DNA from: Blasia pusilla
Lineage: Eukaryota
Reading direction: 5' to 3'
NCBI GenBank assembly: GCA_050084515.1
Contig: CM114271.1
Span: forward strand, 682,001 to 746,000
Length of the DNA: 64,000 nucleotides
The translations under genes were made by a program, and so were the position numbers. The notes beneath the pieces are model-generated. The model was not told the DNA's origin, did not search any database, and saw only the letters and a program-made list of their open reading frames with translations. The stretch's first letter is position 1. Each line of letters starts with the position of its first letter. This document shows, piece by piece, positions 24,691-38,330 of this stretch.

Positions 24691-26359
24691 GCTGCAAAGA
24701 AAGCTCTAGAAATCAGAGAATCAAAAAACTGTGATTGCAAGAGTTACGAACATGCATTGGAGGTTGCAGAATGTGGGTCTAGATCGGCGGACTTCACCTA
24801 TCTTGTAAACACCCGGCACGTGGTGAGGTTTTGAGGTTTTGAAGGCATCGCGCTGCGGGTGTCGACCATGCCGACGAAGAGTACGGCCTTGACCATATGG
24901 CATAGTATTCTCGGACTGCTACAGTTCAGACCATGGCCCGTTGTGTGACGTTGATCTACCTTCTACTGCAATATATACAGAGATTTTTTGTGTCAATCAA
25001 ATCAGTCTTGACATTGGATTTTCCTGTGTCTCATGAACTTCCATCGATTCTGATGAAAGCTTCCCAACATCAGTCTAGATGTTCGGATTCTCGTGTTGAT
25101 GTCAGCTCTCTGCCTTGATTGCCTTGTTTCTCAGAGGTTAAAACTGGGAAGCTGGGAAGTAAAACGCTGGGATCTGATATGTTGGCAAAACCATTATTGG
25201 GAAAGGCATGAATGGTCTGGCTCATTTTTTTATGGTCACAGCTACAATCCTGACTTTGGTTTACACAGGCACCGATTGGTTGGATGCTCCACTGAGGGTT
25301 TCTTCTGGCACCACTTGCTGACCTTTCTCTCAAGGTTATCCATGGCTTCCTGTGCCTCATCATCCAGGGCAAAGACTAGCCTGTTTGCAAAAGGCAAAGT
25401 GAAAGTCCTATGCAAGTTGTGAACGTTGTTACCAGATCGCTGTTGGCTAGCATATCTCGTAGCAAGTCTTTAGCTCAATGTAGCTCTCAAACCTTGTACA
25501 ACCTTTTTGCACTCGGCATAGGGGACTGGCATTTTTGCAAACCGATTCTGAATGGTACTGTATGAAGTGCAGACCACTTGATGTGTGCTGGTACGCCAGG
25601 GCACAGAACCTCTAACTAATGAAAAAGCACTGCCAATTAGTGACTAACCTGTAGTAGTGCACATAGTATAACATTCACTCCTGAATAGACACACTGAATC
25701 CTGATGGAAGGAAGGTGGGCCATTTATCCTCCCGAGAAAATGATGAGTCATATACTTAGTTTGGGAGTAAACCTCTTGGGAGCGAAGCTTGGAAGGTTGG
25801 TGAGACTGACAAACATCATCAAGGTATGGAGGAGCTAGATACGGTGAATCCGTTCGATCTGTACGTTGGTCAGAAGGGGAAATATCCTGGGTAAGTTTAC
25901 CGCAAGCTAAAACCACGAAAATTTAGAAGTTGAGTTTGGAAGTTGGACATGATTTATAGTGATCGTGATGCAGATAAAATGATTATAATGCAGAAAATTT
26001 TCGGTGAAATGATATATGAATGGAAGTTCGAAATTGTAAACTAAGAGTGCCGACTTTCCATGGTCCTTTTCGGCAGACGTGAAGCTTAAGCATGTGGAAA
26101 GTAACCGATGTGATAAACCCCAAACTCCTACCCAAAAGCTTTGTACAGCTCTTGTGAACCAGAAAGTGATTACTAGGAAGCGGCCGTGGCTAATCCCTAG
26201 TTAATAACTAGATGAACTAGTAAACCGACGTGGAACAACATGATGGCAAAACACCATTGAAATGAAAGTTAATTACATGCAACGAATATCTCACCTTCAT
26301 AGTAGAAAACTTCATGCATATGTCATACAATTAAACAATGAACTTCAACGGAAACCTTG

Positions 26360-26995
26360 TCAAAAACCACAAGGACATACATAATCAACCAAATTCAAGA
26401 AAGAAGGGGGATACACCAAATTCACTAATAGCAAAGACAATATTGACCAATACCTAGAGAACTATGATTACTAATAAGTGGGCCTCTAGTAGTGCTCTCT
26501 CCGATCATCTAGGCCCCACCATAAAAATCCATTTTTCTAGGCACGTTGCAAAGCCATGGAGATCCGTTGTCTACAATAAGAAATCGTAGTGGTTAAGGAC
26601 AATCCATTTCTCAATTGGAGAAGACGGACGCAACACATAAGGAACAAGTCAAATCTGTCCCCCATAGCCCCGTACATCTCAATGATTAGGGGGACAAATC
26701 GATGTCCATCATGAAGTCGACTATAAATATGGGTCGTCTTTATCGCCGCCGCTCCTTGTAGCAATCTCCCTTGTGCCACCACTTGGGCTCGCACCGCCTC
26801 CCGCGTAGGATCCATCATTACAACATCCGTCATCACCACCTTAGACTCCCGCGCCATGTAAAGATCAGCACGGATAAGGGAATCCCACATGGAGTAGTGC
26901 CTCGCTCTCTCTCTCTGCACATGAAAGCCACTCTCGCGAATAATTCAGAATATGATATCCCGCATTGCATCGTGAATGACTATCCTCTCACCCCC
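26360..26995 (-). mobile_element. 5'-truncated, more diverged copy of the CRE-clade element (RLE region and 3' end)
   Basis: ORF 26537-26920 (HYSMWDSLIRADLYMARESKVVMTDVVMMDP...EMYGAMG...QRISMALQRA) is homologous to 3400-3830 and 58910-59367. The 3' boundary is approximate. Confidence 0.85.
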
Positions 26996-27196
26996 AGAAA
27001 GCCATCATAAGTATCTTTCATGATGAAATTTGTGGACAATCGGGCATGTCAAACATTTCAGATTACTCATATTAAAAAACTATCCATATTACTATTGGAG
27101 TGTCATTATTCAGACATCTTTCATGATGAAATCTGGCAATTATAATTGTTTGGGATTTGACCTATCAAGTTTACCAGTTAAGTTGGTTCATTTAAA

Positions 27197-27681
27197 ATTT
27201 CCCGTCTTGAATAATTAGATGAAAAGTCTTAAACTTTTCAATGTTTCCAAAGAAGATTGGCCCAATCGTTTGGAACTGTTATCAAAGACTCGTAGGTTTA
27301 GGCAGGAATGCTATTAAAATCTGCACTTCAATTGTAAGTGTCAAATCTGTTAAAAAGATTTCCGTCTTAAATAATTAGATGAAAACAGTCTTAAACCTTT
27401 CAATGTTTCCAAAGATGATTGGCCCAATCGTTTGAAACTGTTGTCAAAGACTCGTAGGTTTAGGCAGGAATGCTCTTAAATTCTGCACTTCGATTGTAAG
27501 TGTCAAATCTGTTAAAAAGATTTCCCGTCTTGAATAATTAGATGAAAACAGTCTTAAAACTTTTCAATGTTTCCAAAGATGATTGACCCAATCGTTTAGA
27601 ACTGTCGTCAAAGACTCGTAGGTTTAGGCAGGAATGCTCTTAAAATCTGCACTTCAATTGTAAGTGTCAAATCTGTTAAAA
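27197..27681. repeat. Tandem repeat ~162 bp x3 downstream of PEX4
   Basis: Units start near 27197, 27358 and 27520 (ttccgtctt.aataattagatgaaaa...gtgtcaaatctgttaaaa), highly similar. Confidence 0.9.
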
Positions 27682-28191
27682 ATCATTGCATGAGATATAC
27701 AGACGTCACAATTCATCCCGTGCAGTGAACATGTGAAAGGATCATACACATTTCCATCAAAGAGTGGATAACTTTTGGGTGATAAATGACACCAATCAAT
27801 TGATCTCATGTGTGCACTAGAAGTCACTGATCAATCTTTTTCTTTGTTGAGATAAATAGAGAAGTTAACAATCTCCTTTCACTCTTTCCAATACATCCCA
27901 TCACTCTCATCTCCTACCCATAGATGTGATTTCAGGTGCTTTACCAACTCGTGAAATCTTCCCACTCCATTTCAATCCTGTTCATATTTGAGCAAAGTAG
28001 CTCCCCCCTTCGAAATCAAGACATCCCATGCTCACAGGTGAAATCACATTATCTGGAGAACTGCCCATCAAATTTTGGCCTTTTAACAGTGTTCCAACAT
28101 ACGTTGATCTGCAATAATACCACTGGCATTCATAGGTTCCCTATGAACGTCAGTGGTACAAACTAATGACTTGAGCTAATTATCATCTTGC

Positions 28192-30455
28192 TTAAGTTGT
28201 GCCATTAGTTGACATGGCTGCTAGCCTTGTGTACATGAGAGCCATCGATTGGTACCCTCGATTGTCGCCTGATCGCAATAAGTTCCCTGTCAGATTTCAC
28301 AACACACAGGGTTGTCAAGCAAGGCGACATATTGCAATAATCCAACAGTACAGTGCAATTTAAACAGGTGACGATGAAGTTCAATACATTTTATCACTTC
28401 GTTTAGATATTTATATTTACTAGTAAGAAATGCTTCTGCTTTCCAATAGCTATAAATGATTCTTAGAAGCCTATTTCCAAATTTCAGATCTGCCTGCATG
28501 ATCTACTCATCAAGACAGACATTTAAAGACTTGACAAATCAAGAACCTATTGTCCCTTTTTGACCCAGCAATGATCCCTTGCTGCATCAAAAAAGCATGC
28601 AGATTGGACAAGAAGTTGTTACTCTGCGTGCACGTACCACAGTCACAATTAAGAGGGCTATCTGCCTCTGGATGTGCTAAGAGTGCAATGACAGCTCGGC
28701 ATACTGACTGCAGAGTCCAAGCAGGACTCCATGCTGTCTTCAAGATATCCAGACAAATCTCGCCTGTCTGCAAGCAGTCTCCAGTCAGCTCCCTTCCAAA
28801 GCGGTACTTCAACACCATGCTTTCCATCGTACATGGAATGCAAGTCTCTCAGTGACAAAGCTATTTCCCTTGCTCCTGATAAAACTCGGAGCAAGGGGCT
28901 ACCAACTAATTGAGTTTGCCTATTCACATGATTCTAGTCATGCTGCTGCTTGAGTGCGCCAAGACCAGACCAGAATCAAGATTCTGGATTCCATTGCGTC
29001 GATGCCCTTGCGTCAACAATGAGGCTCCGACACCATGCCTGCCACCAGGAATGGACTGGGAGCCCTTCAATCACTTCCAGGCATCTGCAAAGGCCATTGC
29101 CTCACTGCTGATAAATTCTGGGCAGGGACCTACTGACTAGTTCAGTTTGACTACACAAATAATTGTGGTCATGCTGCATGAGTTTGCCAAGACCAGACAA
29201 GATTTTGGACTCCAGTGTAAAGGTGCGAACTTGCCCAGCGAGGACCTACTTCTGGCAGCTGTGGGAGAATCCTGCACCAAAAACACAGGTCCCTCTCCAA
29301 CCCTTGTAGACCACCAAATTCTAGGAAGAAGACACAAGCAAACCCAATGTGATGGAATGACAACAATCTAGTCAAGGTGTAGCCTCCCCTGCATATACTT
29401 CTGCATATTAAGAAGAACAAGTCCTCACTATCCTCCACTGGAGAGGAATGATGGGTGAAAATCGACCTGACCAGACTGTAAACCCCACTGAAGTGGAAGC
29501 GATGACCAAAGTTCTGATAAAGATAGTCCCGCGAGAGAGAACTAACCTTGAAGTGAACATTGGGATGAAAGATCTTCGTCACAAAACGAACTTGTGGTGG
29601 CACCAAAGGATACTGCTCTGGAACATTGATAGCAAGCTGGAACAATCCTTCTTGGTACGGAGTATCGGTTGGTCCCTATCCCACAGACCATGAATGGAGT
29701 CAGATAGGCGTGCTTCAAGCGGGTAGATAAAGTGCAACCCTGGGCATTAGAGTTTAGGTTCTCACATTACTTACATTGTATACTATTTTCTACGCTGTGG
29801 TGTATGAGAATGTAAAGAGAGATTTTCAATCTGAGCTGAATTCTGGACCAAGTAGATTCCCAGTCACTAACTCTAGGAGTACCTGAAAAGCGAAACAGCT
29901 TGACCAACTACGCAGCTCTTGGAGAGAAGGAATCGCCCATTTAAGCCATTAGTTTGTTGAAAGCTTCGTGATCTACCTTTATGTATCCAGTCCAACGGTA
30001 TATGTTGTTTTCATCACATAACAGCTGAATATCTGAATCCTGCCCTCGATCCCTTTGTACTTCTTTGTACTCCTTAAAAAGTCTAGCTCTTGATGCCTGT
30101 GGTTCCATTAGATGTTCAGAATTACAAAAAGTTGGTAGGAGGCAGATGACTGGATATATCATAGCACAACTGACCCAAAAGCCAGAAATCTTTCTTCCAG
30201 AGAAGAGGTCTTCCAAATTCCCCCACCTCCAGACTCACTATTAAAGACGAACCAACCGATAATTGAGTGTACCTATGATTTCCTTGACCAAAGCTTCAAA
30301 TCGCCATATTGAAACTACTCATTGCAGGAGACATTTTCAAAAATCTGCAGTTTCATGGCACTCAATAGTGGACACTCTTCGAGAATTCCCATGATTCCCC
30401 AACACAACCACGGAAAGTCGGAACTTCCAATTTGTGTAGGGGGGTATCTTACCAT
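28192..30455 (-). CDS. PEX4: Ubiquitin-conjugating enzyme E2, peroxin-4 (PEX4/UBC21 type), 5 coding exons, ~158 aa
   Basis: Exons (minus) 30455-30453 (ATG|gtaag, inferred), 30096-29977, 29675-29547, 28767-28638, 28286-28192, all GT-AG and in phase. Protein MASRARLFKEYKEVQRD...KIFHPNVHFKTGEICLDILKTAWSPAWTLQSVCRAVIALLAHPEADSPLNCDCGNLLRSGDNRGYQSMALMYTRLAAM, with HPN motif and catalytic Cys. Confidence 0.93.
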
Positions 30456-30606
30456 CTTCCCTCACGGGGTTCAATAGGATTCTTCAAGGATCCTGTTCGT
30501 AGAAGAAAACTCTCCAATTGCTAACTGAAAACCACATTAAACTTCACTTAGACAGAGGAGAATGTCGATCCTTAGGGCACCAACCACACTCTGTGTACTA
30601 TTGCAA

Positions 30607-30918
30607 ACTAGGAGAGCAAGAGCGACAGAGAGCGGAGATCCGCCATGAGCCCAATCATGCGAAGGTCAAGTGACGAATCCGCAAACCCTGCAAAGCAAAT
30701 CACATCCCGCGGCCGAAGCACACACCTGACTGCTCACAATCAACGGCCCACACACAAGTTGACTAGGAGAGCAAGAGCGACACAGAGAGCGGAGGCCCCC
30801 GATGAGCCCAACCATGCGAAGGTCAAGAGACGGATCCGCAAACCCTGCAAAGCAATTCACATCCCGCGACCGAAGCACACACCTGACTGCTCACAATCAA
30901 CGGCCCACACACAAGTTG
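30607..30918. repeat. Tandem duplication ~155 bp x2 in the probable PEX4 5'-UTR intron
   Basis: actaggagagcaagagcgac...cggcccacacacaagttg at 30607-30761 and 30762-30918. Confidence 0.9.
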
Positions 30919-31256
30919 TATCCCGCGAGCTTGCACCCTACAGACAAAGGCAGGCACTATCCACCCGGATAGGAATGTGTTCGATACGATATTTCGCTTT
31001 GACGACAGAACGAGAGATCCACGAGCGAAGAGAGAAGGAGAAAGAATTCCAATGAGACGCCAACAAGAGAAGTGAAGGAACGCCACTAGCGACGAAGGAA
31101 GATCGCAGTGACAGAATTGTGAAGGAACGCCAGAAACAAGCTAGAACCTGCAAGAAACCGAAGAAACAAAAGCGAAAGAAGTGAACAAAGCAAGAGCGTA
31201 GAAAGATCAGGAACCGGAGCATGAATCCCTGGGAGCGCGAAACCGGAGAGCCACCG

Positions 31257-31380
31257 CCCTAAACCCGATGGACGGAACGGATATGAACCGTCCGTCCATC
31301 AGATTCAGGCTAACCCGATACCTTAACACGAATGTGAAAGTGGCAGAGCCGGAATGCGAAAGCAAATTCCGTCCGTCCTC
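31257..31380 (-). promoter_or_regulatory. Probable PEX4 promoter: telo-box-like motif and GGACGG motifs in an inverted repeat
   Basis: ccctaaaccc at 31257-31266; gatggacgg..ccgtccatc inverted repeat at 31267-31300; ccgtccgtcc at ~31369. Confidence 0.4.
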
Positions 31381-31384
31381 CCAA

Positions 31385-31556
31385 GTCCAGCTTTGTGTCC
31401 GCCCTATAGGACCCCGGCCCCACCCCTATGGGGCCAGCTCCCTACAAGTCACAATAGGGCAATCATCGTTAGTCAGCTTTGTGTCCGCCCCATAGGACCC
31501 CGGCCCCACCCCCATGGGGCCAGCTCCATGCAAGTCACAATAGGGTAATCATCGTT
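31385..31556. repeat. GC-rich tandem duplication ~87 bp x2
   Basis: cagctttgtgtccgccc.ataggaccccggccccaccc..atggggccagctcc...caagtcacaataggg.aatcatcgtta occurs twice. Confidence 0.85.
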
Positions 31557-34500
31557 ATTTTTTTCGCACATATTTACGCGTGCCAATTTATATCGTAAGG
31601 GCGCAAATTCTGTTGGAGTCCCATGAATTTCATCCATCGGATCGACCAAGATTCGGAACAATGAGACGGGTCCTCGCGACGTCCTGATGACCTCGGCCGC
31701 ATGGGACCGGGTCCTTAAGGGCAGGTCCCCATGGCACAAGTTCGAGGTCGCGGGGTTCCAATTTTGACGAATTTAAGGATTAAATACTGGTCTATGGTCC
31801 GTCCACGGCGCAGAAATTCCAAGGACGATCCTTAGATTGTTAAAGTGTATCACATACATGCCTAAACCGGTTTCGTAACCGAAATTGCTTGACCGCCACT
31901 GACATGGCCCAAAATTGTAATCAGAACTAGGCTAGAATCCCAATGCGAGGACCCGGAGGAGGTTTCCATGGAGACATGCCCTAAGAGCCGGGTCCCACGG
32001 GCAAGAAGTCACCACTTTTTATGCGTCCAGAACTTTGGGAGCATAAACTCTCCGGAATCCTTACGACCCTGAGTATTATCTGTCTGGAGGTTATTACAAA
32101 CATTTGATCTATTTTCTTAAATTGTCCGTTGGAAAATCAATTTGGTCGTAGAAATGAGGTTGTCGCGATCTCTATGGTCGTCCATGAGACCCGACCCTTA
32201 TCCTATGGGCCTTTTCTTGGGATCGCGTGCAACCCCAAGTAAAGGCTTTCACGGTGGAATCATCAACTAGCCATCAATACTTAGCTGGTTTATTCTACCT
32301 GCCAATCTACCTGCCAAACTCCATAAAAAAAAGTGAGAACAACAGGTTTTATCAAATTTCTTACCGGTTGGGGAGGGCGCAAGGACGAAGCTCCTTTCTT
32401 TCGCTCAAAATTTCTGGACGCAAGAAATGTGATGACTCCGTGAAAACCATGGTCTTTGCATGATACCAAAAACTTTGAAAATCACCATAATAATTATATA
32501 AAATAATCCCTTTTTATAATTTTTCCGGATTAGTTAAAACTGTTGGGCATTGACTGATTCCAGCGAAAGAAGTTGTTCCGCCTTTGGAGTCGAAAGGCCC
32601 AACCTTTCGCAAGGGAAGGCAAACACTTTCTCTCTGGTTGTCCCAAGTTCAAAGGTCGGACTTTTCGCAAAGGAAGGAACAACAACAAAGGAAGAACTAT
32701 CAGTGACGTAACCCAAGTTCTTTGTTGATACTTCAAAGGATTCTTTTCTGATTCCTTTCTTCCATATTTCTTCCCCTTTCTTCCTTATCCAAAATGCGAC
32801 GTGGCCCAGTTCCCATGTGATTTGTTTCCAATTCTATTCCCCTTTCTTTCTTTCTTTCTTTCTTGTCTAAACTCCAAACTCCAAAAGCCATACCTTTCAC
32901 GAAGGAGGAAGCGATGGCAGAAAGAAGAAGTATCAATGACGTGGCCCAATTTTCAGTAGATGATTTGATTCTTCTCTCGTTTTCCCTCTTCTCTCTCTGT
33001 CACTCTCTCTTCCAAAGGCCAAACCTTTCGCGGAGGAAGCAACAACGACGGACGAAAATACTAATAGTGACATGGCGCTTTCTCTATTTGATTTGATTTT
33101 TCTCCTCCTCCTCCTCCTCCTCTCTCTCTTGCTTGTGATTCCCATGTCTTTGGTGGTTCGATTGAGGCGTTGGGTCCGTTTGGGGATGCGAGCTTGATCT
33201 ACTGGTGAGTCGGAGCATTGAGTGAAGGCAAATTGTGGTACTTAGGAAGAAGCGTGGGCGGAAAGATTTAGGGTTTGGAGATTGAGTTGCTACTACGGAT
33301 GGGAAGGAAGGAAGGAAGGGGCAATGTTTTGGGTATGAGGCAGTCAAGTTGTTGTGCGATTTTGGTGAATTGGAGGTAGAGGATTTGTTTGTAATTAACT
33401 TGAGAAATGGAGGTGGTTGGAAGAAGTGTTTCCTGAATCGGTAGTTGGGTGGATACTTTCAACAACACCATTGCCGAGAGCACTAGTTTTGTTGAACTTA
33501 GGGGGAAGCTATGGGTGATTTCGTGTTAGTTTTGAGGGTGTGGTGTGGATATCTGTGTCGTGCTTGGAAAAGATGATTTCAGATTTGGTGGCGTTGTGAA
33601 TGGTTTCAATAGATTGGCACTAGTATTGTGAAGCTATGGTTAATTTCATGATGATTTCAAGGTTAAGATAGTGTCTGTGCCATTTGAATGATGAATAGGG
33701 TTTGTTTGTTCTCTGCTAAATTGGTGGACTTATGGCTGATTTCAATGGATGGGCATCCATGGTGTTGTTGTGAAACTTTGTTGGAAGTTGTGGTTAATTT
33801 TGTGATGATCTTAAGGTTGAGAAATGCTTCCGTCATGTGGATTATTAGTAGGGTTTGTGGGGTCTACTACGTGGCTCTCTTAAATGGAAGGGTATCATAC
33901 CATCTTCCCTCATTAGGTTCAATAAGATTCTTCAAGGATCTTGTTCGTAGAAGAAAAATCTCCAATTGCTATGTGAAAACAACATTAAACTTTACTTAGA
34001 CATATATGAATGTTGATCCTTAGGCACCAACCACACTATGTCAAACCTCTCAAAGCGCTGATTGTAAAAATGAGACTGCCTTAGAAAAACATCATGTCCA
34101 GTACCAAATTACCTCTCCAAGCGGTGATTGTAAAAATAAGACTGCCTTAGAAAAACATCATGTCCAGTACCAAATCCACTAGATCCCATAAACACCATTC
34201 ATCGCAACATCACAAAAGCAATCCTCGACCTCAAAAACATCACGAAATTTACCACAACTTCTATCAGAGTTTCACTCTTTTTACTCACAACACTACGACC
34301 CTTCCTTTTAAAATATCCACCGAGCAGAGCCCACAAACCCTACTAATCATTCATATGACGTCACAATTCATCTCGCATCAAATTTGACATCTTTAGAATC
34401 CACAATTTACAATCACATCACTCATTCATTGTATGGGGTAGAATGCAAACCCTTCATATGTAATTGAGTCTACAATGTACCAGAAAAGAAACACTTGGTT

Positions 34501-35666
34501 AGTATTGAAGCGAAAGAGAGTCTTACCAAACATAGAATACATATCATTGGGTTTCCAGACATTCAAACACGGATGAAAAGATGTTCATACTATGAACACT
34601 TTAGATTTGGTGTTCATCCACATATTGGTAACCATGATAACCAAAGGCTAATAGAGCAATTTTTGAATCGAAAAATTGCATGATGTTTTTTCTAGTACGA
34701 AATTTATCAATGAATGTAGCTATAACTAAAATATAGAGAATACATGACTGTAAGAAGGGTGTAAATAACTTTTATTAAGTTGTAACTTTCCTCTCTAGTC
34801 ATAACTAGTTTGGAGGTCAGAGGGATATGCTTCACTTGGATAGCTACTATTCAAATGTACGATACTTACTACCCTCCAATACGCGGTTATGGAAGGAAAC
34901 ATGATTATGCTCACATGGAAGGAAATAATTGCGTAAAAATGCAATAGAGGATATTAGAATGCGACCAAGTTGGTGTTCCATGTCTGGGGCACAACTACGT
35001 GAATATTTTGATTATCTCTCGTTGCCCTAAACGCCATACAAACTAACATAAAACATAGAGGGATCGTTCCTCCATATTGGAATAATCCCCTAAATGCATA
35101 ATTAACATGGGAATGGAGATCAAAATTTGATGAACAACTTTCATGTGTTCCGCTTAAATTTTCATGATAACATTAGAGGAAGCTTGAAAGCTCGTAAGTA
35201 AATTCTTGAGAGTCTACAACTATAAAAGAGTCAGGTCTATCAATAATCAATTCAAACCCTCCTTGTAATCCTCAACCTTGGAGGATTTCATCTTTGTTAT
35301 AATTCTTGAGCCCCATTATTGATAAGGTTGTCCAAGAGGGCATCGACTTTCATTTGTTTTGTAAGGTTCTTAGTTTTGTAATGTTGATGAGGCATTGAAT
35401 TGTCCAAAGGCCAACATGAATCTACATTCTCTTGTTACGTTATGACGTTCTTGAGTTGGTTCACAAGAGTAGCCAAATCCAAATTAGTACATGCCAATGA
35501 CTTCCATTTCTACCTCCATATTCATAAACCATTTTTGTCCACTCTTAGGAAGGACTCCACTATTGAAGATTGAGTTACAATCAAGCTCATGAGACACCTG
35601 GACTGCTACATTTGGCACTCACACGAAGTATGGAAGTTTAATCTTGGTTAGTCAATTTTGTTTGTT

Positions 35667-35821
<155 letters not shown>

Positions 35822-35899
35822 AGCCGTTTTTCCACACGATTATTTTAACTAGGGTTAGTTAATCACAGTTAGACTAACTCGAGATTATGGTTAGGGGTA

Positions 35900-38330
35900 G
35901 GGTGAGGGTTGCTTGTACATACCCTATATAATTGAGAAGAGGACCAGCCTCTTCTCAACCTTTCTACAAGGAAATTTTGATGTGGGAAAACACAAAGTTG
36001 GTATTTACAAGTGAATCCTTCATTGGCATGGGCACATATGTAGGCTGCATCTTTTGTATCGTAGTCCACTTCATCATGACATATGTTTGGCTTCAAGGTG
36101 CTCTTGAGCACATCTTCTCCCTTTCAGCAAATCGATTATGACATAATTTTCAAGTATATCATTTGCCCTCCCAATAACCATGAGTATGACTTTGCGTATT
36201 GCCTTGTTTCTTACAAGGCAATACCTTCTCATTTATGAAAACCTATGTACCAAAAGAAATCTTCAATTTCACCAGTGATCATTTGCACAATCCATTTGTG
36301 GGCATCCTAGATGTAGGATGCATCTTAAAAGTGTGATGCCACCTCTCTATGGCAACATTAGTATCTTGGTTGGAACTTGCATGCTTACAATATTTCTCCG
36401 ACCAGATGACGAATTTTGGATGTCAATAGTTCACATAATACTTCATAAAGTGATTCTATCCCAATCTACTTGCGCATTAAACAATAAGAGGCATCGATTA
36501 GATGTGCAACAACACAAATAAAAGGTTAAAATTTGGAAATGTCAAACCACAAATTGTTGTAAAAGCATTGTATGAAAATTATACGAGTGATAGGCAATAA
36601 CATACCTTCATTATGGCAGTATATGATACCACCCAAGTTTTTATTCATGTCAGCCTTTGTGATTGGACAACGCTTTCATTGATGTGAATTCTTCAACTAA
36701 TTCTTCCTCACATACCATAGGCAATGGTCTACAAGAATGGTAGGAAATACTTCTTTGATAGCAGATTGCTCCTCGAGTCCTCTTCAGAGTCAGCGACAAT
36801 AAAGCAAGATGGCTTCCACTTAGGTGTATTACCTCCTTTGTCATCTGTCTATATATATCTATCTACCCAATCCTTGATATGAAACGATAAGGGGAATCAA
36901 CAGAATGTGCAACAACATAAATACAAGGTTACAACTTGGAAATGTCAAACCACAAATTACTGTAAAAGTATTATATAAAAATGATACGAGTGATAGGGAA
37001 TAACATACCTTTATTATGGCAGTATATGACACCACCCAAGTCTTTATTCATGTTAGCCTTTATAATTGGACAACGCACTCATTGATGTGAATTTTTCCAC
37101 CAATTCTTCCTCACATGTCATAGGCAACGGCCTATGGGAATCTTGGGAAATACTTCTTTGATAGTAGATTGCTCCTCTTTCGAGTCAACGACAATAAAGC
37201 AAGATGGCTTCCACTTGTGTGTGTTACCTTCTTTGTCAACTCTCTATATATCTCTATCTATCCAATCCTTGATATGAGACAAGGTCTCCACCAAATCATA
37301 ATGTTGATGTCATTTAAGGATAGCCCAAACTAGAGGCAATCCATTTTGGAACTTATCCAAACCCAACAATATGGATAGTTGGTAATGTGAACACAGAAAC
37401 AGTTGTGTTCAAAATACACAATATCCCTTAAGTGGATTTAAGGTGAAAAGATCCTCTATTCAATAAAGATGGGCTAAAAATCATATTGAAAAACATTATG
37501 AACTAACCTTGTATGTGTTTGTGTCATGGATGGCATCCATGGAGAGAGCCCCACCGTTTTGTAGCTCCAAAAGATTTTGAAGCATCAAAGGTGTTAAAAA
37601 TACAATAAAAAAAAGGTTGGCCCAACTTGGAGATAGCCTCCCTATAATATATGACATTCTTGGGATGCACTTACACCTAATGTTGAATTATTGTAGCATT
37701 ATTGGTTCCATCATAGCCCCCTTCTTGCCTTCGCATTGAATGTTGATAATATATTGAGGCTTGAGCATGGCTTCTCTATCCGGCACATGTTCTTAATTAG
37801 TTGGGCTTTTTGCAAACATATTTGCGAATCCACCTCCTAAGCTCCTTCATTATATTTAAAAGGCTTACATTTACTTGCAACAAGTGCTCAATAAGGTCCC
37901 TTCAATATGAACTCACTTTTGGGGCTACGATTTCCAATATTAGTCGTCATGTTTAAGTCACAATGGCATATTTGGCCCTGTTTTCTACATGCTTAGAATA
38001 CAAATATTTCAACATAAAAAACTAGGATTATCTAATGACATTAAAATAGCAAAGTGGAATTGATATCAACGCCCTTGAGAAAGCCCAAGGCATCTGCTAT
38101 CTCTTTTTGGATGACCATCTTTGACTCCTTTGTGACAAAGGTTAGAATCATAAACCTTGTTCGGCAAAGAACTCCAAATAGTCATCTTGTAATCTTGAGT
38201 CCCATATGCGCACCAATACCGAATGATAAAATTTCTATATCCACATATATTAGTCTTAATTTTGCAAAAATTAGTCTCAAAATGTGGTCGATCATTCTCA
38301 CTTTAGATGAAGTCATCTAGCCTATCTAAA
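35900..38330 (-). pseudogene. Mutator-like (MULE) DDE transposase relic with SWIM zinc finger, intron-containing
   Basis: Minus-strand translation: YWCAYGTQDY (~38220); GALSMDAIHDTN (~37530, first D); LDKFQNGLPLVWAI; WKPSCFIVVDSKEEQSTIKEVFP..RCL*HVRKNW (CxxH, ~37120); NQDTNVAIERWHHTFK (~36350); WIVQMITGEIEDFFWY; GRANDI; CPCQ/GFTCKY SWIM-like (~36020). The CxxH exon is tandemly duplicated (36500-36885 / 36905-37280). TIRs not identified. Confidence 0.75.

Noticed and set aside
27197-27681. Possible CRISPR-like array (also 45840-46445)
   Set aside because: Units are long whole-unit repeats without short identical repeats and unique spacers; eukaryotic context, no cas genes.
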